Source of the DNA: a virus
Reading direction: 5' to 3' (one strand)
DNA length: 64,000 bases
IMG/VR virus record: IMGVR_UViG_3300006923_000018
Span: 12,281 to 76,280 of that record
Every line of letters starts with the position of its first letter. The first letter of the stretch is position 1. The notes beneath the pieces were generated by a model that ran no database searches, was not told where the DNA came from, and saw nothing but the letters and a program-made list of their open reading frames with translations. The translations under genes and the position numbers were made by a program. This document shows, in pieces, positions 47,105 to 56,680 of the stretch.

Positions 47105-47175
47105 CCCCCCTAGTTTCGTTTTTTTGATGGTTGAAAGTAAAAAACCATTAATAATTCTGTATACATATATGTATA
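47105..47175. repeat. Dispersed non-coding element, copy A
   Basis: 34/43 ungapped identity to 62211-62253, followed by palindrome TATACATATATGTATA. Confidence 0.7.
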
Positions 47176-47290
47176 TAGGGGGCTCTGGTTGCGGCCTACC
47201 AGTTTTACGTTTTCTCTGCAAGTAGAGTCTGCCAATTCCATATGATACGCTGGTGTAGAATTTAATAGGTTTTCTGCTCGGGGTTTAATC

Positions 47291-48097
47291 ATGTCTACAG
47301 TTCGGCTTGGCTCATTGGGTCAGGATGTTGTCCTTGTTCAGCAGAGAATCAACCATCATGGCTTCGGTCCATTATCTGAAGATGGTGACTTTGGGAAAAA
47401 GACGGAATCTGCTGTGGTGCAATTCCAGATGGCGCAAGGGCTGAGGGGTGACGGGGTAGTGGGGCCGTTGACGTGGGGTGAACTGCTCGATGACTATGCG
47501 GAGGCGGTAGGTGGTCGGGCGGAGATAGCCCTTATGGTGCGCGAGAAGGAGTTGGGGGGCCTTGTGGCCAGCGCGGGCTCAGGGGCCGATATAGGGGCTG
47601 TTTTGTCGTTTGCGGTTGAAGATCTGGGCAAGCGCGAGCATCCCAGTGGTTCGAACGCCGGTCCTCATATTTCTCACTTGGTTGACGGATACCACGATTA
47701 CTGGAAGCTGGATAAGTCTAAATATCCGGCCCTGCCCTGGTGTGCGATGGCTGTGAGCCGATGGATTTATCATGGGCTCGGGCTGAGTTCATGGAAGGAG
47801 CACCCGTTCGGCCATTTCTTCGGTGGCGTCGGTCAGATAGAAGACTGGTCGAAGGAGCACGGCAAATTTTTCACCCCCGAAGAAGATGGTCTTCCCCCTG
47901 TAGGAGCTATATTTTTGATGTCCAGATCATCTTCTGGCTCAGATCCGAGCCGATCGGCCAGATCAGGTCATACTGGTTTAATCCTATCTGTAGAAGATGA
48001 TCAAATCGTAACAATAGAAGGCAATGTAAAAAACTCAGTAACATCAATGAACCGTAATCTGTCTGTCCTGACTGGGTATGTAATCTGGTGGGAATAA
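47291..48097 (+). CDS. Endolysin: peptidoglycan-binding domain + CHAP
   Basis: GS.GQDV..VQ...DGDFGKKTESAV..FQ...DGVVGPLTW; PWCAMAVS...GHTG...TIEGN. Confidence 0.92.
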   Translation: MSTVRLGSLGQDVVLVQQRINHHGFGPLSEDGDFGKKTESAVVQFQMAQGLRGDGVVGPLTWGELLDDYAEAVGGRAEIALMVREKELGGLVASAGSGADIGAVLSFAVEDLGKREHPSGSNAGPHISHLVDGYHDYWKLDKSKYPALPWCAMAVSRWIYHGLGLSSWKEHPFGHFFGGVGQIEDWSKEHGKFFTPEEDGLPPVGAIFLMSRSSSGSDPSRSARSGHTGLILSVEDDQIVTIEGNVKNSVTSMNRNLSVLTGYVIWWE

Positions 48098-48108
48098 TTG
48101 GAGTAATC

Positions 48109-48327
48109 ATGGATAAATTAAAATCTCGTAAGTTCTGGTTAGCAATCTTAGGCGCTTTAATGCCAATAGTCGGAGGATATGTGAGTCAGAGCCTATCATT
48201 AGAGCAGGCCCTAAGCGCATCTAGCGCTGTCCTGATCGCCTATATAGTTGGTCAGGCATATGTTGATGGCAAGGAGAAAGAGTCCGCCCCAGTAAGGCTT
48301 TCCCTTCCTAAAGCTAAGGAAGAGTAA
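48109..48327 (+). CDS. Holin
   Basis: KLKSRKFWLAI, two TM segments, YIVGQAYVDG; follows endolysin. Confidence 0.8.
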   Translation: MDKLKSRKFWLAILGALMPIVGGYVSQSLSLEQALSASSAVLIAYIVGQAYVDGKEKESAPVRLSLPKAKEE

Positions 48328-48362
48328 TCCAGCTAAGGATAACCGCTGACGGTAATCTGGGC

Positions 48363-48445
48363 GGGTTTGTGGTGCAGAATAACAGTTCGGTAATCCCCAT
48401 TACTAAACCTTGCTTTCTAAGCGCGTTATTCTGCACCACTCACCC
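48363..48445. other. Perfect 15-bp inverted repeat enclosing two hairpins
   Basis: GTGGTGCAGAATAAC (48369-48383) / GTTATTCTGCACCAC (48425-48439). Confidence 0.7.
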
Positions 48446-48753
48446 ACTTTCCCACCTATATAATCTTATTATTTACTTCAAAAGTCCTCCTGAAAGTGCG
48501 CCTTTAAACTGGAATATGGGACCGCTTCAAGATTTTACATTTATCATGGTAGTCAAATAACCTGAAATGTGGTATTTGTAGGAGTGTATTCGGAATCAAC
48601 CGGTGCACCGGGGGGCCGATCTGATGCACCTTATATATAGGGGACAGGCTAGGATATGGCGACACACCAGCAAAATGCTGTTTCAACCGTCACTTTCAAG
48701 CAGTAATCAGAAAGCTTATCCATTGTAATCTACAACAACAGCAGGAGGGCGCA

Positions 48754-50031
48754 ATGCCTGAAGATAAGACAGAAGAGAAACAAAACATCTCGGGGACAGG
48801 AACGCGGATCGATTGGAGTACATCTAATTTTAGTATTACTCCGAGTAATTTGCAGGCGCTATGTGATCAGGCGGGTCTGGGGATCAGCATTGATCCAATA
48901 GATCTGAATTCGGTTGTTAAGCGAATCGGAAATAACTATAAGCGAAAGGTGCGCGGTCAGTATGAATTCCAGAGCAAGATCGTAAAAACTGGTGATTCTG
49001 ATAAGACAATCATATCTGTTGCCATTTGGGAGCAAGATGAGATCACCGAGGAATCGAAAGCAGAGCACGTTAATCGTCTAGTATGGGATAACATCTCATC
49101 TCTCTGGCTTGACACTGGTCTTAAAAAAGTTGATGAGAATGCTCCGGCTGATGAGCAGCGCACCCAGGCTGCCATCATCGCTGCAACTTCTTATCTGCTC
49201 GGAGCAATCCGGCATGACCAGAAGCATCTCAACAGCACGCAGCTATACTGCTTGTACCTGAAAAGCTATCTCTCTGACAAGTGTATGGCAGTTGGAGTCT
49301 TCAATCATCGCTGCAAGCCGTATTACATCGGTCCTGGTTTTGAAGAGGAGAATTTTCAAAAGTTCTTATCATTTATGGGTAAGCTAACCTCATATTCTGA
49401 TAAGAATGGTCAGCGATGGTTGTTCGACTGCACGTATCCCTCCACACAAACTGCAATCAATAATGCAGAGCAGGGCATATCCTGTATGGTAGAGGAGCTT
49501 CAGGAGAAGATGAGCGTATGGCGTAACTCTAAGAACAATGTTCGAGGAGACGCGCTTGCTGAGCGTATTGCTGAGTTTAATGATATTAAATCATTTGCTG
49601 GTCTTTTCTCTGATGCGCTTGAGTGTCAGATGGAGAGCCTAACTTCTGATTTTGATAAATGTCAGAGTATGATCGATCAGGCCATCAAATACCGTGACGC
49701 AGGCGCGAGCCCGCGTCTAATTAAAGTGTTCCAGCGACTCATTGATCGTCACGATGATAATTGTCCGATGGGATTCGTTATCCCATCAGATGCCCTGCTT
49801 AATGTGAGCAAGGTGAAGAAGCCTAAGATCGGAGTCTTATGCGCTACCGCGTTGAAGGCGCCATCTTATTACAGTCCGTCAGGGTTAGGCGGTAAGGCTC
49901 TGAAGGCTTGCGGCTATCAAGGACGACTGATTGAAACTAAGGCTAAGAATTTCGACGAGGTAATGGAATACGATCTTGTTGTTATGAAGCTTGCTGAGGA
50001 AGAAAATCCAGAGGTGGAGGCGAATAGCTAG
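48754..50031 (+). CDS. Conserved-looking phage protein (DUF6744-like) heading the early block
   Basis: CAACAACAGCAGGAG leader; G...W....IT...L......GL N-terminal pattern; family call tentative. Confidence 0.5.
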   Translation: MPEDKTEEKQNISGTGTRIDWSTSNFSITPSNLQALCDQAGLGISIDPIDLNSVVKRIGNNYKRKVRGQYEFQSKIVKTGDSDKTIISVAIWEQDEITEESKAEHVNRLVWDNISSLWLDTGLKKVDENAPADEQRTQAAIIAATSYLLGAIRHDQKHLNSTQLYCLYLKSYLSDKCMAVGVFNHRCKPYYIGPGFEEENFQKFLSFMGKLTSYSDKNGQRWLFDCTYPSTQTAINNAEQGISCMVEELQEKMSVWRNSKNNVRGDALAERIAEFNDIKSFAGLFSDALECQMESLTSDFDKCQSMIDQAIKYRDAGASPRLIKVFQRLIDRHDDNCPMGFVIPSDALLNVSKVKKPKIGVLCATALKAPSYYSPSGLGGKALKACGYQGRLIETKAKNFDEVMEYDLVVMKLAEEENPEVEANS

Positions 50032-50047
50032 ACAGCTAATCTTATTC

Positions 50048-50131
50048 GACGGGGTGCCCTTTGGTGCCCCGTCATCTTTATTGCAACAACATTATTTACT
50101 ACAACAACATTATTTACTACAACAACAGGAG
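50048..50131 (+). repeat. Intergenic cassette: hairpin + TTATTGC + tandem 18-bp CAACAACATTATTTACTA + SD
   Basis: GACGGGGTGCC-CTTT-GGTGCCCCGTC; 18-mer at 50084 and 50102. Confidence 0.75.
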
Positions 50132-50136
50132 TAATC

Positions 50137-50511
50137 ATGCAGGCAATAGCGCTGAAACTTAAATGGACTGAGTATACGGGTCCGCATAGCATAATCAATT
50201 CGATGAAAGTGATATTTGATCTTGTGGTGGAAGCCTATCATGATGATATTACTTATGATCTTTCATTCCTAACTAAGTATTGCGCTGAATTAGATCTGCC
50301 CAATCTTGACAACGAATCACTCCGTTGGAGTGTAGGCAATTGTGGTAGTCAGATCGGTATAGTGGAACATGGTGCCGAGTCTCGGTGGACTCATCATTGT
50401 GCCTCTTATCTGCACTACGAAATTCAGTTTTACAAGAACAAGTTTAAGCTTGTCCAGGTGGACGCTCACCTCACTTCCGAGAAGTACATCAATGCTATTG
50501 GGGGTATGTAA
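50137..50511 (+). CDS. Hypothetical protein
   Basis: CAA leader + AGGAG. Confidence 0.7.
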   Translation: MQAIALKLKWTEYTGPHSIINSMKVIFDLVVEAYHDDITYDLSFLTKYCAELDLPNLDNESLRWSVGNCGSQIGIVEHGAESRWTHHCASYLHYEIQFYKNKFKLVQVDAHLTSEKYINAIGGM

Positions 50512-50984
50512 TGTCTAAGATCATATCTGATCATCAGCGTATAGCAGGCGCCACCCAGACATCTGAATACTGCGGAGACATCCAATCGCTTGCTCGTACT
50601 TATATTGGATTTATTCAGGAACATCGCAACAAACAAAATCATCCTTTGGGTAGGCAGTTCTATGTTGCCGATGAGGAGGAAGGTAAGGTTTACCTCTCAC
50701 TCATTAAAGGCCCCATGGATAAGTCGTGGGGCGAGATCCCCCGCAAGCTAAGGCATAAGTTGATGCGGCTGGTAATTGGCAACGTCCAATCTTCTCATGC
50801 TCTTTTACTTATTGAGGTATTTGAGGTGGTCTATCTAAGCTGTCATGGCTTAAATGATCACTTCATGTGGAGCTTTAAGGTTGGCTCTACATCAGAATCA
50901 GATCTGATTTACCAAGATTTACCAACAACAACACTTAACATCTGGAAAGAAGGCATAAACTCAGTCGTTTATACCCAAATTTAA
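50511..50984 (+). CDS. Hypothetical protein
   Basis: Coupled ORF. Confidence 0.65.
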   Translation: MSKIISDHQRIAGATQTSEYCGDIQSLARTYIGFIQEHRNKQNHPLGRQFYVADEEEGKVYLSLIKGPMDKSWGEIPRKLRHKLMRLVIGNVQSSHALLLIEVFEVVYLSCHGLNDHFMWSFKVGSTSESDLIYQDLPTTTLNIWKEGINSVVYTQI

Positions 50985-51096
50985 TACGTCTAATTTACCG
51001 TAATCGGGTTAGTTAGGATCGCGATTCAATAGAAAAACCTCAAAACGTCGCCTGAAAATGGCGGTTGTAGGCGGGTTTCTATATGTTTACACGTTC

Positions 51097-51125
51097 TTGA
51101 CAACCACTAACCCTTCGCGTGTAAT
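51097..51125 (+). promoter_or_regulatory. Sigma70-like promoter
   Basis: TTGACA-N17-TGTAAT in an intergenic gap. Confidence 0.65.
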
Positions 51126-51187
51126 AATAGGGCATGTTGTCAATTTATTCCTCGCGCGCGACGGCGCTCATAACAACAGGGCAATCA

Positions 51188-51514
51188 ATGGCCACAAAAC
51201 TATCCCCCACAGTTAGCGCAATCCTATGTCATGCGTTCAAGGTATCCATGGACACTGCTCAGATCTGGATCAAGTCTGGTCGTGTCTGTGTTGGCGCTCC
51301 ATCGGATCACCGTTTGAACCATTACGGTCCACGCGTGATCGGAGTTGATAGAACCTTGGAAAATCTAGACGATGGGCTCACCGATCGCTTTGAGATCCGA
51401 GTGTTAGTGCCTGATGAATGCGATCACCTTGTGAGAATTTGGCACACTGTGATCTTTACGCCGCCACCTACTAAGATTTTTAATTCAATTCAACAACAGC
51501 AGGAGATCAAATGA
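51188..51514 (+). CDS. Hypothetical protein
   Basis: AACAACAGGG leader before ATG 51188. Confidence 0.55.
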   Translation: MATKLSPTVSAILCHAFKVSMDTAQIWIKSGRVCVGAPSDHRLNHYGPRVIGVDRTLENLDDGLTDRFEIRVLVPDECDHLVRIWHTVIFTPPPTKIFNSIQQQQEIK

Positions 51515-51870
51515 ATCTACAACTAGATCAAACTAAAATAGCAATGAGATTAGTAGAAAAGGTTTTGCATCGTGCTCAAATCCCGCGTCGTGATCTTAGT
51601 CCAAATCAGATTCGTCGCCTGAATATGGATGATCTTGCAAGAGCGGAGCAAATTCTCGCAGTACTCATCTACTCAGGCACACTGCTTGAGATAGATGAGA
51701 GTGAGAATTCTCCCGACTATCCTATGACCGACTTGGCTCAGGGAATTCTTGGTCAGATATGCTTATTAAAGTATGGGTCATTGAATGCGGCTGATGATGC
51801 AACGGAAATTTGCGCACATCTTCAGGTTCTGCTTGATGATCTGACTAATCACTATCCAATTGCTGCTTAA
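51511..51870 (+). CDS. Hypothetical protein
   Basis: CAACAACAGCAGGAG leader. Confidence 0.7.
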   Translation: MNLQLDQTKIAMRLVEKVLHRAQIPRRDLSPNQIRRLNMDDLARAEQILAVLIYSGTLLEIDESENSPDYPMTDLAQGILGQICLLKYGSLNAADDATEICAHLQVLLDDLTNHYPIAA

Positions 51871-51881
51871 CAAGCCATCTG

Positions 51882-51955
51882 GCGTCCCTCAGCTTTTCTG
51901 AGGGGCGCAAATTTGTTTTATTGCGACTTTTAATCACAACAATAAACAGTAGGAG
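51882..51955 (+). repeat. Intergenic cassette (hairpin + TTATTGCGACTTTTA + CAA leader)
   Basis: Near copy at 52663-52712. Confidence 0.8.
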
Positions 51956-51962
51956 ATCCATA

Positions 51963-52193
51963 ATGGAGACAATCCAATTAGCTGAGATAGCATATCAAGC
52001 GATTGATAAAACGCTCGCAGAGCTGGATCGGATGATCAATAGAATTGATCGTACTATCCCAGCAAAGTACCTCAGTCAGACGCAAAATGACTCAGAAAAA
52101 GGTGGACAGGCTGCAAATCTGAGGGATCTTCGCACGAATCTCATAAATGCTAGGACTGCCATCTTCCGTTTCAATGATAACGAGGTGAGCTAA
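51963..52193 (+). CDS. Hypothetical protein
   Basis: AGGAG SD. Confidence 0.65.
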   Translation: METIQLAEIAYQAIDKTLAELDRMINRIDRTIPAKYLSQTQNDSEKGGQAANLRDLRTNLINARTAIFRFNDNEVS

Positions 52194-52275
52194 CGACTCT
52201 AATCTCATGGGGATGGCCTTTGTCGTCCCCTTATATTGCAGTTTTTAATTCAATTCAACAACAACAGGAGATCAA

Positions 52276-52650
52276 ATGGGATCAGGAACAGAAGTTATAA
52301 ATAGCGCCGGGTATCTTCCCGGCACTGATAAGGTGGCCTTCGAGTGGCATCCTTTATGGTGGCATGAGCAGGGCCTGACGGAGACGGCATCAGGATACGG
52401 ACCTAAGCTGAACACAGGCTTTAAGATCCAGTTCAACGGACGCATGTATCGCGTCTACTGTTGTCAGTGGAGCAATAGCGGGACAAATTACATAATCAGC
52501 CTCGGTGAGCAGCTGGTAATTCCCGATCACCGAATCTTCATTCAAATCGGACATCGCAGAGATTGTGCTACGGAGATCGATCACTCCCTACGATGCAATT
52601 GTGGTCTCATTGACTACGACGAGGAAGAACATCAGAAGGAGTCATCCTGA
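52276..52650 (+). CDS. Hypothetical phage protein
   Basis: TASGYG.KL.T...I.FNGR.YRVYC...SNSGT.YI; CAA leader. Confidence 0.7.
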   Translation: MGSGTEVINSAGYLPGTDKVAFEWHPLWWHEQGLTETASGYGPKLNTGFKIQFNGRMYRVYCCQWSNSGTNYIISLGEQLVIPDHRIFIQIGHRRDCATEIDHSLRCNCGLIDYDEEEHQKESS

Positions 52651-52756
52651 GATTAATCTAGAGCGCTCCTCAGCTTTTCTGGGGAGCGCAGTTATATTTA
52701 TTGCGACTTTTAGTCAACAACAACAACAATAATAATCATCTCAACAGGGAGATATA

Positions 52757-53980
52757 ATGTCAGCAATACCACCACATCTTGTGGTTGCACAGCCTACGGC
52801 TAAGCCTACAGCTTTGGATAATATCCTAAAGCTGGAAAGTGAGTTAAATTCTAAATACTTTGAGCGGCAGGGTCCAATTCGATCTCTAATGATCGGGCTA
52901 ATCGCTCAAGAGCATGTTCTGCTACTGGGTCCACCAGGCACTGCTAAGTCCGACTTGTCTCGTGACCTATCAAATCAGGTCGGGGCTGAATTCTTTGAAT
53001 ATCTAATGACAAAGTTCAGCACGCCCGAGGAGATTTTCGGGCCTATCTCACTAAAGCAGCTTCAGAACGACGTGTATAAGCGCGTAGTTAATCGGAAGTT
53101 GCCTACATGTCAGATCGCATTCTTGGATGAAATCTTCAAGGCTAATTCGGCTATCCTGAACTCGCTATTGACCATCATCAATGAGCGAGAATTCGATACT
53201 GGCGCGGGGCGGATGAGCGTTCCTCTGGATATAGTAATCGGAGCATCTAATGAATTTCCACAAGATCCTGGTCTGGGGGCGGTTTATGATCGTTTCCTGC
53301 TCAGGCATTGGGTGGAAGACATTTCTACTGATGCGAATTTTGAAGCGTTGCTCCTTGGCCAACAAGGATCTCTCACCCAGACTCTATCCAGTAGTGATCT
53401 CGATGAGCTTCGAGCGTTGCGTAAGACGATTGATATTACAGCAGTCATTCCTAAGCTAACTTTAGTAAGAAAGGAGCTTAAAGCTAAGAAGATCCGTGTC
53501 AGCGATCGTAGTTGGAAAAAATGTCTCAAGCTAATCGCGGCGCAGGCTCTTCTTAATGGTCGTACCGCAGCGGTTTCTAAGGACGTGATGATCCTGAAAA
53601 ATAGCCTTTGGAGCGACAAAGATGATCGTCAGTCGGTTCTTACTATCTTGACTGGTGAATGTGAGGACGTGAACACTAAGAAGGCTCTTGAGTATAGAGA
53701 TATGGCTTCTGAGGTGTATAACGAGCTAAAGGATAGGGTTGCTGATGGAACCATAACTCAAACGATCAGTAAGGCTAAAAGTTCTAAGGGTCTCAGTGAC
53801 AGAAAGGACGCAACTCTATTCTGGAGGGCTAAGCGTGATGAGTTGGAAGAATTTTCTTTCAAGTTGCTTGATCTTGAATGTACCCCTGAAGTTATCGAGG
53901 TTGCTGAGCAGATCGACTTACAGATGAAGTGGTGTGGTGATCAAGTCACAAACACTAAGACATCAAAGGCAATCCGATGA
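52757..53980 (+). CDS. MoxR/RavA-like AAA+ ATPase
   Basis: HVLLLGPPGTAKS, TKFSTPEEIFGP, AFLDEIFKANSAILNSLL, GASNE, YDRF, VSDR.W. Confidence 0.93.
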   Translation: MSAIPPHLVVAQPTAKPTALDNILKLESELNSKYFERQGPIRSLMIGLIAQEHVLLLGPPGTAKSDLSRDLSNQVGAEFFEYLMTKFSTPEEIFGPISLKQLQNDVYKRVVNRKLPTCQIAFLDEIFKANSAILNSLLTIINEREFDTGAGRMSVPLDIVIGASNEFPQDPGLGAVYDRFLLRHWVEDISTDANFEALLLGQQGSLTQTLSSSDLDELRALRKTIDITAVIPKLTLVRKELKAKKIRVSDRSWKKCLKLIAAQALLNGRTAAVSKDVMILKNSLWSDKDDRQSVLTILTGECEDVNTKKALEYRDMASEVYNELKDRVADGTITQTISKAKSSKGLSDRKDATLFWRAKRDELEEFSFKLLDLECTPEVIEVAEQIDLQMKWCGDQVTNTKTSKAIR

Positions 53981-55404
53981 AGGAGATGCTCTTAATCCAT
54001 AATCACGGTATGCGTGAGACTTCTCGTTATCAGAAGTATCTTCATGAGGAGAATTCCCCTGGGACAATTCTAAAAGATTCTGAGGGAAAGATTCAGGGTA
54101 CTCTGATTGACAATGAAATCGAGGCATCATCAGCGGTTGATGATGCTACTGTGCTTGGACGGGAAACATTTTCTGTGTTGCACGGAGATCCCGAGCCAGT
54201 AGAAAATCCTACTTGCTCCAAGTGGCTACAGTACATCACTGGCCTAATCGATTCTACGCCAGAGTTTGAGGAATTTCGTGACGCCTGCCGAGGCGATAAT
54301 GACTTTTCTTTAATCGGTGCTGCTGGACTGTTGGAGGACATCAATGATGATCTGTCTTCCTACTTTAACGAGATCGCTCCTCATGAAGATCAGGACGATG
54401 ACGGAGAAGGCTCAGAGAATCCACACGGATTTAATGAGGCAAAGTGGACTAATGAAGCCCTAAAGGGAAAAATTAAGTCATCGATTATAAAGCATACTCA
54501 GGATATTGCAGAGACCAAGGCTATGCTTTCTGCTCTTTGCCCAGGATCTGAGGAGGCTCCTCCTGATTCGGATGGCAATTCTGCTAATCGATATAAGTTA
54601 ATTAAAAAGCTCAAGAATAGTAAGGAGATCCATAAGCTTCTTGAGAAGGCTGGAGCCATCATGTCGGTTTACCGTAATGAGGTTCAGAAAAAGGCTATCC
54701 AAGGCTCAGAAGAAATAGTTGATATTGAACGCGGAAACGATCTCTCTCGACTTCTTCCCATCTCTTTGGGTATGTTTGGCCATCCTGTCTACGAAAAGCT
54801 AGCTCAGCGAGACTTCATCGAACGAAAGCTGCTTCAGTATCAGCTTGTTGGATACGATCAAATGGGCCGTGGTGACATGGTTCTTATGATTGACGAATCA
54901 GGAAGTATGAGCAACTCAGCGTTCGGAGGCGACAGCCTTCATGATTGGGCGCGGGCGATAGCTATCTCTGCAATCTCAATAGCTAAGCGAGAAAATCGTC
55001 GGGTTACGATTATCGGGTTTACTACTGAGCCGAGATATGTTGCTCATTTTGATCGTAAGGGCAGCGCCACATGGAATGATGAGCCGATTGATCCGCTTTC
55101 CTGTATCGTTAAGATATTGGAAATGAATTGTAGCGGAGGGACTAAGTTTGATCCTGTTCTGAAGTTTGGTTTAGGCCATATTGCAGAGGGAAGATCGGAT
55201 TTAATCTTCATTACTGATGGTGAGGCAACAGCTTCACAGACCACGCTAGACATTCTCAGAAGTAAGTCTGAGCTAGGTGTCTACGGTATCCAGATAGGGG
55301 GCAGCGGCCACATCAAAGGCGTGCTCAAGGAGGTGTGTACGTCGGTTGTTAATCTAGATACTAATAGGCCAATAGCGGAGGCAATAGGATCTGTCTTCAG
55401 CTAA
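53977..55404 (+). CDS. vWA-domain protein (ViaA-like partner of MoxR ATPase)
   Basis: GNDLSRLLP, MIDESGSM (MIDAS), GGTKF, IFITDGE. Confidence 0.9.
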   Translation: MKEMLLIHNHGMRETSRYQKYLHEENSPGTILKDSEGKIQGTLIDNEIEASSAVDDATVLGRETFSVLHGDPEPVENPTCSKWLQYITGLIDSTPEFEEFRDACRGDNDFSLIGAAGLLEDINDDLSSYFNEIAPHEDQDDDGEGSENPHGFNEAKWTNEALKGKIKSSIIKHTQDIAETKAMLSALCPGSEEAPPDSDGNSANRYKLIKKLKNSKEIHKLLEKAGAIMSVYRNEVQKKAIQGSEEIVDIERGNDLSRLLPISLGMFGHPVYEKLAQRDFIERKLLQYQLVGYDQMGRGDMVLMIDESGSMSNSAFGGDSLHDWARAIAISAISIAKRENRRVTIIGFTTEPRYVAHFDRKGSATWNDEPIDPLSCIVKILEMNCSGGTKFDPVLKFGLGHIAEGRSDLIFITDGEATASQTTLDILRSKSELGVYGIQIGGSGHIKGVLKEVCTSVVNLDTNRPIAEAIGSVFS

Positions 55405-55487
55405 GCAGAAACACTTAATTCACCTAAGCATGTGACTAAACTGCTTGTCCCTTTGGACTTTTATCGCGCTTTACAACAGGAGTAATA

Positions 55488-56162
55488 ATGTCAGAAGTAT
55501 CAGAAAAATCAAAACTTGCAGCAAAGCATCATCGTAACCGTTGCTTGCCGCCACGCGAGGCGGGGACTGTATCTCATGGAACGCTCAGAATACAAGATCT
55601 GACTCGGTGTTTTATGGATTACATCCATAAGTATAATTACGATGCGTGGGCAATCATTATCCATGACATCAAGCTCAGTTGGGAGACCTTTAATCAGGAC
55701 TACGCTTTCTCAGAAATGATGTGTGATGTTATGGGCTTAGACGGCTATCGTATGGGTCTAAGTCTAGTTGATGATGATCTTTGGTGGGATACTGACGACG
55801 CATCCACCATCTTGAATGAAGACATCTGGCAAGCGATGGATGATATTGCGCCTCCAGGCACCTCATTTGGTGCCCACGAAGGCGACGGATCTGATTTTGG
55901 ATTCTGGCCTAATGAAGACTCAGAGTCTAATCCAAAGGAAATGGCCCACTTCTTTATTGGTGGTGAGCACTGCTTCATCTATCTCTGCGAAGGAGAGGAC
56001 GGGGCTTACTACGACATCTATATGGGCAAGACTCATATAAACTTCGGCAATCCGTGGTTCTGCGACGGATGCGGAGTCCCAACTATAGAGGAAATCCGTG
56101 AGGCGGTTGACCTCATGGCTAGCAAGTCGCAACGTCTTGAGCCCAAAGATGAAAATGAGTGA
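55488..56162 (+). CDS. Hypothetical acidic phage protein
   Basis: VSHGTLR.QDL and FGAHEGDGSDFGFW motifs; CAA leader. Confidence 0.7.
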   Translation: MSEVSEKSKLAAKHHRNRCLPPREAGTVSHGTLRIQDLTRCFMDYIHKYNYDAWAIIIHDIKLSWETFNQDYAFSEMMCDVMGLDGYRMGLSLVDDDLWWDTDDASTILNEDIWQAMDDIAPPGTSFGAHEGDGSDFGFWPNEDSESNPKEMAHFFIGGEHCFIYLCEGEDGAYYDIYMGKTHINFGNPWFCDGCGVPTIEEIREAVDLMASKSQRLEPKDENE

Positions 56163-56173
56163 TAGGAGATAGA

Positions 56174-56638
56174 ATGCCAGACAAATTACCAACTAATCCG
56201 TTGCTTTCAGCTAATCGCTTACAAGATGAATTGCGCGAAGGGGCTCTTTTTTATCTCCTATTCGGAAGAAACGGAGCAGGCAAAACCGATATAGCTCATG
56301 CAATAGTAGATAACTTAGGCGAAGCGAAGGCTTATCTGGACAAGCCTGAGAACGGCCTCCATCCCACATCACAGGCCAAACTCATGGAATCTTTATGGCA
56401 CAAGGGAAGGAAAAGCAGAGAGCCTATTCTCATCGAGACACATTCAGAGCATATGCTAGAGATGCTACTGAATCTGATGGAGGTGGAGGAAGACACTGAT
56501 AAGTTAGTAGTAATCTACTATGTGTGGCGTGATCGGGAAGACATCACTAGAATCCGAAGGGTTGAAACCAAGAACGGTCAGCTACTTGATCCTATCAATA
56601 CTGACTTTTCAGATAATCCTACACTCTCTATCATATGA
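56174..56638 (+). CDS. Miniature ABC-ATPase-like protein (AAA_21/DUF3696-like), likely inactive
   Basis: LFGRNGAGKT, AYLDKPENGLHP.SQ, ILIETHSEHM with the intervening helical domain absent. Confidence 0.7.
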   Translation: MPDKLPTNPLLSANRLQDELREGALFYLLFGRNGAGKTDIAHAIVDNLGEAKAYLDKPENGLHPTSQAKLMESLWHKGRKSREPILIETHSEHMLEMLLNLMEVEEDTDKLVVIYYVWRDREDITRIRRVETKNGQLLDPINTDFSDNPTLSII

Positions 56639-56680
56639 GATACATCTACCAAATTACACGAAAACTATTATCCTGCGATA

